From contig OZ024755.1 of the NCBI GenBank assembly GCA_964016885.1, forward strand, positions 43,400,001 through 43,464,000: a DNA stretch of 64,000 nt. Reading direction: 5' to 3'. Below the pieces are notes generated by a model that saw only the letters and a program-made list of their open reading frames with translations, was not told the origin of the DNA and did not search any database. This stretch comes from Eledone cirrhosa (Eukaryota). Positions 42,301 to 57,300 of this stretch are shown here, piece by piece. Position 1 is the stretch's first letter. Each line of letters starts with the position of its first letter. The translations under genes were made by a program, and so were the position numbers.

Positions 42301-45039
42301 TAATCTTTGCATACTCACACAATTGGAAAGAGTTCCTAATCTTTGCATACTCACACTATTAGAAAGAGTTCTTAATATTTGCATACTCACACTATTAGAA
42401 AGAGTCCGTAATTTTTGCATACTCACACTATTAGAAAGAATTCCTAATAATTGCACACTCACACTATTAGAAAGAGTTCCTAATCTTTGCATACTCACAC
42501 TATTAGAAAGATTTCCCAATCTTTGCCTACTCACACTATTAGAAAGAGTTCCTAATCTTTGCATACTCACACTATTAGAAAGAGTTCCTAATATTTGCAT
42601 ACTCACACTATTAGAAAGAGTTCCTAATCTTTTCCTACTAACACTTTTAGAAAGAGTTCCTTATCTTTTCCTACTAACACTATTAGAAAGACTTCCCAAT
42701 CTGCGCCTACTAACACTATTAAAAAGAGTTCATAATCTTTGCTTACTCACACTATTAGAAAGAGTTCCTACTCTTTGCATACTAACACTATTAGAAAGAG
42801 TTCCTAATATTTGCATACTCACACTGCTAGAAATATTTCATAATCTTTGCATACTCACACTATTAGAAAGAGTTCCTAATCTTTGCCTACTAACACTATT
42901 AGAAAGAGTTCCTAATCTTTGCCTACTAACACTATTAGAAAGAGTTCCTAATCTTTGCATACTCACACTATTAGAAAGAGTTCCTAATCTTTGCATACTC
43001 ACACTATTACAAAGAGATCCCAATCTTTGCCTACTCACACTATTAGAAAGAGTTCCTAATCTTTGCATACTCACACTATTAGAATGAGTTCCTAATCTTT
43101 GCATACTCACACTATTAGAAAGAGTTACCAATCTTTGCATACTCACACTATTAGAAAGAGTTCCTAATCTTTGCAAACTCACACTATTAGAAAGAGTTCC
43201 TAATCTAATCTTTGCCTACACACACTATTAGAAAGAGTTCCTAATTTTTGCATACTCACACTATGAGAAAGAGTTCCTAATCTTTGCATACTCACACTAT
43301 GAGAAATAATTCATAATCTTTGCATACTCACACTATTAGAAAGAGTTCCTAATCGTTGCCTACTAACACTATTAGAAAGAGTTCCTAATCTTTGCCTACT
43401 AACACTATTAGAAAGAGTTCCTAATCTTTGCATACTCACACTATTAGAAAGAGTTGCTCATCTTTGCATACTCACACTATTAGAAAGAGTTCCTAATCTT
43501 TGCATACTAACACTATTAGAAAGAGTTCCTAATCTTTGCATACTCACACAATTGGAAAGAGTTCCTAATCTTTGCATACTCAGACTATTAGAAAGAGTTC
43601 TTAATATTTGCATACTCACATTATTAGAAAGACCGTAATCTTTGCATACTCACACTATTAGAAAGAATTCCTAATAATTGCATACTCACACTATTAGAAA
43701 GAGTTCCTAATCTTTGCATACTCACACTATTAGAAAGATTTCCCAATCTTTGCCTACTCACACTATTAGAAAGAGTTCCTAATCTTTGCATACTCACACT
43801 ATTAGAAAGAGTTCCTAATATTTGCATACTCACACTATTAGAAAGAGTTCCTAATCTTTTCCTACTAACACTTTTAGAAAGAGTTCCTTATCTTTTCCTA
43901 CTAACACTATTTGAAAGAGTTCCCAATCTTCGCCTACTAACACTATTAGAAAGAGTTCATAATCTTTGCTTACTCACACTATTAGAAAGAGTTCCTACTC
44001 TTTGCATACTAACACTATTAGAAAGAGTTCCTAATATTTGCATACTCACACTATTAGAAAGAGTTCCCAATCTTTGCATACTCACACTATTAGAAAGAGT
44101 TCCTAATCTTTGCAAACTCACACTATTAGAAAGAGTTCCTAATCTAATCTTTGCCTACACACACTATTAGAAAGAGTTCCTAATTTTTGGATACTCACAC
44201 TATGAGAAAGAGTTCCTAATCTTTGCATACTCACACTATTACAAAGAGTTCCCAATCTTTGCCTACTCACACTATTAGAAAGAGTTCCTAATCTTTGCCT
44301 ACTAACACTATTAGAAAGAGTCCCTAATCTTTGCATACTCACACTATTAGAAAGAGTTCCTAATCTTTCCATACTCACACTATTACAAAGAGTTCCCAAT
44401 CTTTGCCTACTCACACTTTTAGAAAGAGTTCCTCATCTTTGCATACTCACACTATTAGAAAGAGTTCCTAATCTTTGCCTACTAACACTATTAGAAAGAG
44501 TTCCTAATCTTTGCCTACTAACACTATTAGAAAGAGTTCCTAATCTTTGCATACTCACACAATTGGAGAGAGTTCCTAATCTTTGCATACTCACACTATT
44601 AGAAAGAGTTCTTAATATTTGCATACTCACACTATTAGAATGAGTCCGTAATCTTTGCATACTCACACTATTAGAAAGAGTCCGTAATCTTTGCATACTC
44701 ACACTATTAGAAAGAGTTCCTAATATTTGCATACTCACGCTATTAGAAAGAGTTCCTAATCTTTTCCTACTAACACTTTTAGAAAGAGTTCCCTATCTTT
44801 TCCTACTAACACTATTAGAAATAGTTCCCAATCTTCGCCTACTAACACTATTAGAAAGAGTTCATAATCTTTGCTTACTCACACTATTAGAAAGAGTTCC
44901 TACTCTTTGCATACTAACACTATTAGAAAGAGTTCCTAATATTTGCATACTCACACTATTAGAAAGAGTTCCCAATCTTTGCATACTCACACTATTAGAA
45001 AGAGTTCCTAATCTTTGCAAACTCACACTATTAGAAAGA

Positions 45040-46350
45040 GTTCCTAATCTAATCTTTGCCTACACACACTATTAGAAAGTGTTCCTAATTTTTGGATACT
45101 CACACTATGAGAAAGAGTTCCTAATCTTTGCATACTCACACTATTACAAAGAGTTCCCAATCTTTGCCTACTAACACTATTAGAAAGAGTTCCTAATCTT
45201 TGCATACTCACACAATTGGAAAGAGTTCTTAATCTTTGCATACTCACACTATTAGAAAGAGTTCTTAATATTTGCATACTCACACTATTAGAAAGAGTCC
45301 GTAATCTTTGCATACTCACACTATTAGAAAGAGTCCGTAATCTTTGCATACTCACACTATTAGAAAGAGTTCCTAATATTTGCATACTCACGCTATTAGA
45401 AAGAGTTCCTAATCTTTGCATACTCACACTATCAGAAAGATTTCCCAATCTTTGCCTACTCACACTATTAGAAAGAGTTCCCAATCTTCGCCTACTAACA
45501 CTATTAGAAAGAGTTCATAATCTTTGCTTACTCACACTATTAGAAAGAGTTCCTACTCTTTGCATACTAACACTATTAGAAAGAGTTCCTAATATTTGCA
45601 TACTCACACTATTAGAAAGAGTTCCCAATCTTTGCATACTCACACTATTAGAAAGAGTTCCTAATCTTTGCAAACTCACACTATTAGAAAGAGTTCCTAA
45701 TCTAATCTTTGCCTACACACACTATTAGAAAGTGTTCCTAATTTTTGGATACTCACACTATGAGAAAGAGTTCCTAATCTTTGCATACTCACACTATTAC
45801 AAAGAGTTCCCAATCTTTGCCTACTAACACTATTAGAAAGAGTTCCTAATCTTTGCATACTCACACAATTGGAAAGAGTTCTTAATCTTTGCATACTCAC
45901 ACTATTAGAAAGAGTTCTTAATATTTGCATACTCACACTATTAGAAAGAGTCCGTAATCTTTGCATACTCACACTATTAGAAAGAGTCCGTAATCTTTGC
46001 ATACTCACACTATTAGAAAGAGTTCCTAATATTTGCATACTCACGCTATTAGAAAGAGTTCCTAATCTTTGCATACTCACACTATCAGAAAGATTTCCCA
46101 ATCTTTGCCTACTCACACTATTAGAAAGAGTTCCCAATCTTCGCCTACTAACACTATTAGAAAGAGTTCATAATCTTTGCTTACTCACACTATTAGAAAG
46201 AGTTCCTACTCTTTGCATACTAACACTATTAGAAAGAGTTCCTAATATTTGCATACTCACACTATTAGAAAGAGTTCCCAATCTTTGCATACTCACACTA
46301 TTAGAAAGAGTTCCTAATCTTTGCAAACTCACACTATTAGAAAGAGTTCC
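45040..46350 (+). repeat. Tandem 18-monomer HOR (653 bp) x2
   Basis: Identical ORFs 45044..45484 and 45697..46137 are offset 653 = 18x36+5. The private SNP GAAAGTGTTCC (~45075, ~45728) is in both copies. Confidence 0.92.
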
Positions 46351-46989
46351 TAATCTAATCTTTGCCTACTCACACTATTAAAAAGAGTTCCTAATCTTTG
46401 CCTACTAACACTATTAGAAAGAGTCCCTAATCTTTGCATACTCACACTATTAGAAAGAGTTCCTAATCTTTCCATACTCACACTATTACAAAGAGTTCCC
46501 AATCTTTGCCTACTCACACTTTTAGAAAGAGTTCCCTATCTTTTCCTACTAACACTATTAGAAAGAGTTCCTAATCTTTGCCTACTAACACTATTAGAAA
46601 GAGTTCCTAATCTTTGCCTACTAACACTATTAGAAAGAGTTCCTAATCTTTGCATACTCACACTATTAGAAAGAGTTCCTAATCTTTGCATACTCACACT
46701 ATTACAAAGAGATCCCAATCTTTGCCTACTCACACTATTAGAAAGAGTTCCTCATCTTTGCATACTCACACTATTAGAAAGAGTTCCTAATCTTTGCCTA
46801 CTAACACTATTAGAAAGAGTTCCTAATCTTTGCATACTCACACAATTGGAGAGAGTTCCTAATCTTTGCATACTCACACTATTAGAAAGAGTTCTTAATA
46901 TTTGCATACTCACACTATTAGAAAGAGTCCGTAATCTTTGCATACTCACACTATTAGAAAGAATTCCTAATAATTGCATACTCACACTA

Positions 46990-49900
46990 TTAGAAAGAGT
47001 TCCTAATCTTTGCATACTCACACTATTAGAAAGATTTCCCAATCTTTGCCTACTCACACTATTAGAAAGAGTTCCTAATCTTTGCATACTCACACTATTA
47101 GACAGAGTTCCTAATATTTGCATACTCACGCTATTAGAAAGAGTTCCTAATCTTTTCCTACTAACACTTTTAGAAAGAGTTCCTTATCTTTTCCTACTAA
47201 CACTATTAGAAATAGTTCCCAATCTTCGCCTACTAACACTATTAGAAAGAGTTCATAATCTTTGCTTACTCACACTATTCGAAAGAGTTCCTACTCTTTG
47301 CATACTAACACTCTTAGAAAGAGTTCCTAATATTTGCATAGTCACACTATTAGAAAGAGTTCCCAATCTTTGCATACTCACACTATTAGAAAGAGTTCTT
47401 AATATTTGCATACTCACACTATTAGAAAGAGTCCGTAATCTTTGCATACTCACACTATTAGAAAGAATTCCTAATAATTGCATACTCACACTATTAGAAA
47501 GAGTTCCTAATCTTTGCATACTCACACTATTAGAAAGATTTCCCAATCTTTGCCTACTCACACTATTAGAGAGAGTTCCTAATCTTTGCATACTCATACT
47601 ATTAGAAAGAGTTCCGAATATTTGCATACTCACGCTATTAGAAAGAGTTCCTAATCTTTTCCTACTAACACTTTTAGAAAGAGTTCCCTATCTTTTCCTA
47701 CTAACACTATTAAAAATAGTTCCCAATCTTCGCCTACTAACACTATTAGAAAGAGTTCATAATCTTTGCTTACTCACACTATTAGAAAGAGTTCCTACTC
47801 TTTGCATACTAACACTATTAGAAAGAGTTCCTAATATTTTCATACTCACACTATTAGAAAGAGTTCCCAATCTTTGCATACTCACACTATTAGAAAGAGT
47901 TCCTAATCTTTGCAAACTCACACTATTAGAAAGAGTCCCTAATCTAATCTTTGCCTACACACACTATTAGAAAGAGTTCCTAATTTTTGGATACTCACAC
48001 TATGAGAAAGAGTTCCTAATCTTTGCATACTCACACTATTACAAAGAGTTCCCAATCTTTGCCTACTAACACTATTAGAAATAGTTCCTAATCTTTGCAT
48101 ACTCACACAATTGGAAAGAGTTCCTAATCTTTGCATACTCACACTATTAGAATGAGTTCTTAATATTTGCATACTCACACTATTAAAAAGACCGTAATCT
48201 TTGCATACTCACACTATTAGAAAGAATTCCTAATAATTGTATACTCACACTATTAGAAAGAGTTCCTAATCTTTGCATACTCACACTATTAGAAAGATTT
48301 CCCAATCTTTGCCTACTCACACTATTAGAAAGAGTTCCTAATCTTTGCATACTCACACTATTAGAAAGAGTTCCTAATATTTGCATACTCACACTATTAG
48401 AAAGAGTTCCTCATCTTTGCATACTCACACTATTAGAAAGAGTTCCTAATCTTTGCCTACTAACACTATTAGAAAGAGTTCCTAATCTTTGCATACTCAC
48501 ACAATTGGAGAGAGTTCCTAATCTTTGCATACTCACACTATTAGAAAGAGTTCTTAATATTTGCATACTCACACTATTAGAAAGAGTCCGTAATCTTTGC
48601 ATACTCACACTATTAGAAAGAGTTCCTAATATTTGCATACTCACGCTATTAGAAAGAGTTCCTAATCTTTTCCTACTAACACTTTTAGAAAGAGTTCCCT
48701 ATCTTTTCCTACTAACACTATTAGAAATAGTTCCCAATCTTCGCCTACTAACACTATTAGAAAGAGTTCATAATCTTTGCTTACTCACACTATTAGAAAG
48801 AGTTCCTACTCTTTGCATACTAACACTATTAGAAAGAGTTCCTAATATTTGCATACTCACACTATTAGAAAGAGTTCCCAATCTTTGCTTACTCACACTA
48901 TTAGAAAGAGTTCCTAATCTTTGCAAACTCACACTATTAGAAAGAGTTCCTAATCTAATCTTTGCCTACACACACTATTAGAAAGAGTTCCTAATTTTTG
49001 GATACTCACACTATGAGAAAGAGTTCCTAATCTTTGCATACTCACACTATTACAAAGAGTTCCCAATCTTTGCCTACTAACACTATTAGAAAGAGTTCCT
49101 AATCTTTGCATACTCACACAATTGGAAAGAGTTCCTAATCTTTGCATACTCACACTATTAGAAAGAGTTCTTAATATTTGCATACTCACACTATTAGAAA
49201 GACCGTAATCTTTGCATACTCACACTATTAGAAAGAATTCCTAATAATTGCATACTCACACTATTAGAAAGAGTTCCTAATCTTTGCATACTCACACTAT
49301 TAGAAAGAGTTCCCAATCTTCGCCTACTAACACTATTAGAAAGAGTTCATAATCTTTGCTTACTCACACTATTAGAAAGAGTTCCTACTCTTTGCATACT
49401 AACACTATTAGAAAGAGTTCCTAATCTTTGCATACTCACACTATTAGAAAGATTTCCCAATCTTTGCCTACTCACACTATTAGAAAGAGTTCCTAATCTT
49501 TGCATACTCACACTATTAGACAGAGTTCCTAATATTTGCATACTCACGCTATTAGAAAGAGTTCCTAATCTTTTCCTACTAACACTTTTAGAAAGAGTTC
49601 CTTATCTTTTCCTACTAACACTATTAGAAATAGTTCCCAATCTTCGCCTACTAACACTATTAGAAAGAGTTCATAATCTTTGCTTACTCACACTATTCGA
49701 AAGAGTTCCTACTCTTTGCATACTAACACTCTTAGAAAGAGTTCCTAATATTTGCATAGTCACACTATTAGAAAGAGTTCCCAATCTTTGCATACTCACA
49801 CTATTAGAAAGAGTTCTTAATATTTGCATACTCACACTATTAGAAAGAGTCCGTAATCTTTGCATACTCACACTATTAGAAAGAATTCCTAATAATTGCA

Positions 49901-52900
49901 TACTCACACTATTAGAAAGAGTTCCTAATCTTTGCATACTCACACTATTAGAAAGATTTCCCAATCTTTGCCTACTCACACTATTAGAGAGAGTTCCTAA
50001 TCTTTGCATACTCATACTATTAGAAAGAGTTCCTAATATTTGCATACTCACGCTATTAGAAAGAGTTCCTAATCTTTTCCTACTAACACTTTTAGAAAGA
50101 GTTCCCTATCTTTTCCTACTAACACTATTAAAAATAGTTCCCAATCTTCGCCTACTAACACTATTAGAAAGAGTTCATAATCTTTGCTTACTCACACTAT
50201 TAGAAAGAGTTCCTACTCTTTGCATACTAACACTATTAGAAAGAGTTCCTAATATTTTCATACTCACACTATTAGAAAGAGTTCCCAATCTTTGCATACT
50301 CACACTATTAGAAAGAGTTCCTAATCTTTGCAAACTCACACTATTAGAAAGAGTCCCTAATCTAATCTTTGCCTACACACACTATTAGAAAGAGTTCCTA
50401 ATTTTTGGATACTCACACTATGAGAAAGAGTTCCTAATCTTTGCATACTCACACTATTACAAAGAGTTCCCAATCTTTGCCTACTAACACTATTAGAAAT
50501 AGTTCCTAATCTTTGCATACTCACACAATTGGAAAGAGTTCCTAATCTTTGCATACTCACACTATTAGAATGAGTTCTTAATATTTGCATACTCACACTA
50601 TTAAAAAGACCGTAATCTTTGCATACTCACACTATTAGAAAGAATTCCTAATAATTGTATACTCACACTATTAGAAAGAGTTCCTAATCTTTGCATACTC
50701 ACACTATTAGAAAGATTTCCCAATCTTTGCCTACTCACACTATTAGAAAGAGTTCCTAATCTTTGCATACTCACACTATTAGAAAGAGTTCCTAATATTT
50801 GCATACTCACACTATTAGAAAGAGTTCCTAATCTTTGCCTACTAACACTATTAGAAAGAGTTCCTAATCTTTGCATACTCACACAATTGGAGAGAGTTCC
50901 TAATCTTTGCATACTCACACTATTAGAAAGAGTTCTTAATATTTGCATACTCACACTATTAGAAAGAGTCCGTAATCTTTGCATACTCACACTATTAGAA
51001 AGAGTTCCTAATATTTGCATACTCACGCTATTAGAAAGAGTTCCTAATCTTTTCCTACTAACACTTTTAGAAAGAGTTCCCTATCTTTTCCTACTAACAC
51101 TATTAGAAATAGTTCCCAATCTTCGCCTACTAACACTATTAGAAAGAGTTCATAATCTTTGCTTACTCACACTATTAGAAAGAGTTCCTACTCTTTGCAT
51201 ACTAACACTATTAGAAAGAGTTCCTAATATTTGCATACTCACACTATTAGAAAGAGTTCCCAATCTTTGCTTACTCACACTATTAGAAAGAGTTCCTAAT
51301 CTTTGCAAACTCACACTATTAGAAAGAGTTCCTAATCTAATCTTTGCCTACACACACTATTAGAAAGAGTTCCTAATTTTTGGATACTCACACTATGAGA
51401 AAGAGTTCCTAATCTTTGCATACTCACACTATTACAAAGAGTTCCCAATCTTTGCCTACTAACACTATTAGAAAGAGTTCCTAATCTTTGCATACTCACA
51501 CAATTGGAAAGAGTTCCTAATCTTTGCATACTCACACTATTAGAAAGAGTTCTTAATATTTGCATACTCACACTATTAGAAAGACCGTAATCTTTGCATA
51601 CTCACACTATTAGAAAGAATTCCTAATAATTGCATACTCACACTATTAGAAAGAGTTCCTAATCTTTGCATACTCACACTATTAGAAAGAGTTCCCAATC
51701 TTCGCCTACTAACACTATTAGAAAGAGTTCATAATCTTTGCTTACTCACACTATTAGAAAGAGTTCCTACTCTTTGCATACTAACACTATTAGAAAGAGT
51801 TCCTAATCTTTGCATACTCACACTATTAGAAAGATTTCCCAATCTTTGCCTACTCACACTATTAGAAAGAGTTCCTAATCTTTGCATACTCACACTATTA
51901 GACAGAGTTCCTAATATTTGCATACTCACGCTATTAGAAAGAGTTCCTAATCTTTTCCTACTAACACTTTTAGAAAGAGTTCCTTATCTTTTCCTACTAA
52001 CACTATTAGAAATAGTTCCCAATCTTCGCCTACTAACACTATTAGAAAGAGTTCATAATCTTTGCTTACTCACACTATTCGAAAGAGTTCCTACTCTTTG
52101 CATACTAACACTCTTAGAAAGAGTTCCTAATATTTGCATAGTCACACTATTAGAAAGAGTTCCCAATCTTTGCATACTCACACTATTAGAAAGAGTTCTT
52201 AATATTTGCATACTCACACTATTAGAAAGAGTCCGTAATCTTTGCATACTCACACTATTAGAAAGAATTCCTAATAATTGCATACTCACACTATTAGAAA
52301 GAGTTCCTAATCTTTGCATACTCACACTATTAGAAAGATTTCCCAATCTTTGCCTACTCACACTATTAGAGAGAGTTCCTAATCTTTGCATACTCATACT
52401 ATTAGAAAGAGTTCCTAATATTTGCATACTCACGCTATTAGAAAGAGTTCCTAATCTTTTCCTACTAACACTTTTAGAAAGAGTTCCCTATCTTTTCCTA
52501 CTAACACTATTAAAAATAGTTCCCAATCTTCGCCTACTAACACTATTAGAAAGAGTTCATAATCTTTGCTTACTCACACTATTAGAAAGAGTTCCTACTC
52601 TTTGCATACTAACACTATTAGAAAGAGTTCCTAATATTTTCATACTCACACTATTAGAAAGAGTTCCCAATCTTTGCATACTCACACTATTAGAAAGAGT
52701 TCCTAATCTTTGCAAACTCACACTATTAGAAAGAGTCCCTAATCTAATCTTTGCCTACACACACTATTAGAAAGAGTTCCTAATTTTTGGATACTCACAC
52801 TATGAGAAAGAGTTCCTAATCTTTGCATACTCACACTATTACAAAGAGTTCCCAATCTTTGCCTACTAACACTATTAGAAATAGTTCCTAATCTTTGCAT

Positions 52901-54060
52901 ACTCACACAATTGGAAAGAGTTCCTAATCTTTGCATACTCACACTATTAGAATGAGTTCTTAATATTTGCATACTCACACTATTAAAAAGACCGTAATCT
53001 TTGCATACTCACACTATTAGAAAGAATTCCTAATAATTGTATACTCACACTATTAGAAAGAGTTCCTAATCTTTGCATACTCACACTATTAGAAAGATTT
53101 CCCAATCTTTGCCTACTCACACTATTAGAAAGAGTTCCTAATCTTTGCATACTCACACTATTAGAAAGAGTTCCTAATATTTGCATACTCACACTATTAG
53201 AAAGAGTTCCTAATCTTTGCCTACTAACACTATTAGAAAGAGTTCCTAATCTTTGCATACTCACACAATTGGAGAGAGTTCCTAATCTTTGCATACTCAC
53301 ACTATTAGAAAGAGTTCTTAATATTTGCATACTCACACTATTAGAAAGAGTCCGTAATCTTTGCATACTCACACTATTAGAAAGAGTTCCTAATATTTGC
53401 ATACTCACGCTATTAGAAAGAGTTCCTAATCTTTTCCTACTAACACTTTTAGAAAGAGTTCCCTATCTTTTCCTACTAACACTATTAGAAATAGTTCCCA
53501 ATCTTCGCCTACTAACACTATTAGAAAGAGTTCATAATCTTTGCTTACTCACACTATTAGAAAGAGTTCCTACTCTTTGCATACTAACACTATTAGAAAG
53601 AGTTCCTAATATTTGCATACTCACACTATTAGAAAGAGTTCCCAATCTTTGCTTACTCACACTATTAGAAAGAGTTCCTAATCTTTGCAAACTCACACTA
53701 TTAGAAAGAGTTCCTAATCTAATCTTTGCCTACACACACTATTAGAAAGAGTTCCTAATTTTTGGATACTCACACTATGAGAAAGAGTTCCTAATCTTTG
53801 CATACTCACACTATTACAAAGAGTTCCCAATCTTTGCCTACTAACACTATTAGAAAGAGTTCCTAATCTTTGCATACTCACACAATTGGAAAGAGTTCCT
53901 AATCTTTGCATACTCACACTATTAGAAAGAGTTCTTAATATTTGCATACTCACACTATTAGAAAGACCGTAATCTTTGCATACTCACACTATTAGAAAGA
54001 ATTCCTAATAATTGCATACTCACACTATTAGAAAGAGTTCCTAATCTTTGCATACTCACA
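46990..54060 (+). repeat. Tandem 66/67-monomer HOR (2418 then 2382 bp) x3
   Basis: ORF offsets are 47253->49671 = 2418, 49671->52053 = 2382 and 48950->51332->53714 = 2382, where 2382 = 66x36+2x5-2x2. Private SNPs GACAGAG, ACTCTTAG, GCATAGTC and TTAAAAAGACCG each occur three times. Confidence 0.93.
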
Positions 54061-54328
54061 CTATTAGAAAGATTTCCCAATCTTTGCCTACTCACACTAT
54101 TAGAAAGAGTTCCCAATCTTCGCCTACTAACACTATTAGAAAGAGTTCATAATCTTTGCTTACTCACACTATTAGAAAGAGTTCCTACTCTTTGCATACT
54201 AACACTATTAGAAAGAGTTCCTAATATTTGCATACTCACACTATTAGAAAGAGTTCCCAATCTTTGCATACTCACACTATTAGAAAGAGTTCCTAATATT
54301 TGCAAACTCACACTATTAGAAAGAGTTC

Positions 54329-57300
54329 CTAATCTAATCTTTGCTTACACACACTATTAGAAAGAGTTCCTAATTTTTGGATACTCACACTACGAGAAAG
54401 AGTTCCTAATCTTTGCATACTCACACTATTACAAAGAGTTCCCAATCTTTGCCTACTCACACTATTAGAAAGAGTTCCTAATCTTTGCCTACTAACACTA
54501 TTAGAAAGAGTCCCTAATCTTTGCATACTCACACTATTAGAAAGAGTTCCTAATCTTTCCATACTCACACTATTACAAAGAGTTCCCAATCTTTGCCTAC
54601 TCACACTTTTAGAAAGAGTTCCCTATCTTTTCCTACTAACACTATTAGAAAGAGTTCCTAATCTTTGCCTACTAACACTATTAGAAAGAGTTCCTAATCT
54701 TTGCCTACTAACACTATTAGAAAGAGTTCCTAATCTTTGCATACTCACACTATTACAAAGAGATCCCAATCTTTGCCTACTCACACTATTAGAAAGAGTT
54801 CCTTATCTTTTCATACTAACACTATTAGAAATAGTTCCCAATCTTCGCCTACTAACACTATTAGAAAGAGTTCATAATCTTTGCTTACTCACACTATTCG
54901 AAAGGAGTTCCTACTCTTTGCATACTAACACTATTAGAAAGAGTTCCTAATATTTGCATACTCACACTATTAGAAAGAGTTCCCAATCTTTGCATACTCA
55001 CACTATTAGAAAGAGTTCTTAATATTTGCATACTCACACTATTAGAAAGAGTCCGTAATCTTTGCATACTCACACTATTAGAAAGAATTCCTAATAATTG
55101 CATACTCACACTATTAGAAAGAGTTCCTAATCTTTGCATACTCACACTATTAGAAAGATTTCCCAATCTTTGCCTACTCACACTATTAGAAAGAGTTCCT
55201 AATCTTTGCATACTCACACTATTAGAAAGAGTTCCTAATATTTGCATACTCACGCTATTAGAAAGAGTTCCTAATCTTTTCCTACTAACACTTTTAGAAA
55301 GAGTTCCCTATCTTTTCCTACTAACACTATTAGAAATAGTTCCCAATCTTCGCCTACTAACACTATTAGAAAGAGTTCATAATCTTTGCTTACTCACACT
55401 ATTAGAAAGAGTTCCTACTCTTTGCATACTAACACTATTAGAAAGAGTTCCTAATATTTTCATACTCACACTATTAGAAAGAGTTCCCAATCTTTGCATA
55501 CTCACACTATTAGAAAGAGTTCCTAATCTTTGCAAACTCACACTATTAGAAAGAGTTCCTAATCTAATCTTTGCCTACACACACTATTAGAAAGAGTTCC
55601 TAATTTTTGGATACTCACACTATGAGAAAGAGTTCCTAATCTTTGCATACTCACACTATTACAAAGAGTTCCCAATCTTTGCCTACTAACACTATTAGAA
55701 AGAGTTCCTAATCTTTGCATACTCACACAATTGGAAAGAGTTCCTTATCTTTGCATACTCACACTATTAGAAAGAGTTCTTAATATTTGCATACTCACAC
55801 TATTAGAAAGACCGTAATCTTTGCATACTCACACTATTAGAAAGAATTCCTAATAATTGCATACTCACACTATTAGAAAGAGTTCCTAATCTTTGCATAC
55901 TCACACTATTAGAAAGATTTCCCAATCTTTGCCTACTCACACTATTAGAAAGAGTTCCTAATCCTTGCATACTCACACTATTAGAAAGAGTTCCTAATAT
56001 TTGCATACTCACACTATTAGAAAGAGTTCCTCATCTTTGCATACTCACACTATTAGAAAGAGTTCCTAATCTTTGCCTACTAACACTATTAGAAAGAGTT
56101 CCTAATCTTTGCATACTCACACAATTGGAGAGAGTTCCTAATCTTTGCATACTCACACTATTAGAAAGAGTTCTTAATATTTGCATACTCACACTATTAG
56201 AAAGAGTCCGTAATCTTTGCATACTCACACTATTAGAAAGAGTCCGTAATCTTTGCATACTCACACTATTAGAAAGAGTTCCTAATATTTGCATACTCAC
56301 GCTATTAGAAAGAGTTCCTAATCTTTTCCTACTAACACTTTTAGAAAGAGTTCCCTATCTTTTCCTACTAACACTATTAGAAATAGTTCCCAATCTTCGC
56401 CTACTAACACTATTAGAAAGAGTTCATAATCTTTGCTTACTCACACTATTAGAAAGAGTTCCTACTCTTTGCATACTAACACTATTAGAAAGAGTTCCTA
56501 ATATTTGCATACTCACACTATTAGAAAGAGTTCCCAATCTTTGCATACTCACACTATTAGAAAGAGTTCCTAATCTTTGCAAACTCACACTATTAGAAAG
56601 AGTTCCTAATCTAATCTTTGCCTACACACACTATTAGAAAGAGTTCCTAATTTTTGGATACTCACACTAAGAGAAAGAGTTCCTAATCTTTGCATACTCA
56701 CACTATTACAAAGAGTTCCCAATCTTTGCCTACTAACACTATTAGAAAGAGTTCCTAATCTTTGCATACTCACACAATTGGAAAGAGTTCCTAATCTTTG
56801 CATACTCACACTATTAGAAAGAGTTCTTAATATTTGCATACTCACACTATTAGAAAGACCGTAATCTTTGCATACTCACACTATTAGAAAGAATTCCTAA
56901 TAATTGCATACTCACACTATTAGAAAGAGTTCCTAATCTTTGCATACTCACACTATTAGAAAGATTTCCCAATCTTTGCCTACTCACACTATTAGAAAGA
57001 GTTCCCAATCTTCGCCTACTAACACTATTAGAAAGAGTTCATAATCTTTGCTTACTCACACTATTAGAAAGAGTTCCTACTCTTTGCATACTAACACTAT
57101 TAGAAAGAGTTCCTAATATTTGCATACTCACACTATTAGAAAGAGTTCCCAATCTTTGCATACTCACACTATTAGAAAGAGTTCCTAATCTTTGCAAACT
57201 CACACTATTAGAAAGAGTTCCTAGTCTAATCTTTGCCTACACACACTATTAGAAAGAGTTCCTAATTTTTGGATACTCACACTACGAGAAAGAGTTCCTA

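Larger units (their letters stand above)
13950..44100 (+). repeat. Middle satellite domain built mainly on a 1594-bp (44-monomer) HOR and derivatives (1049, 2062, 2098 bp)
   Basis: ORF offsets 16005->17599, 26904->28498, 36024->37618 and 40729->42323 are all 1594 (44x36+2x5). Offsets 25855->26904 and 39680->40729 are 1049 (29x36+5), and 37618->39680 is 2062 (1594+468). Markers include ACAACGAGATCCC, AACACCATTAG, GACTTCCCAATCTTCGCC and ATGAGAAATATTTCAT. Confidence 0.85.
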
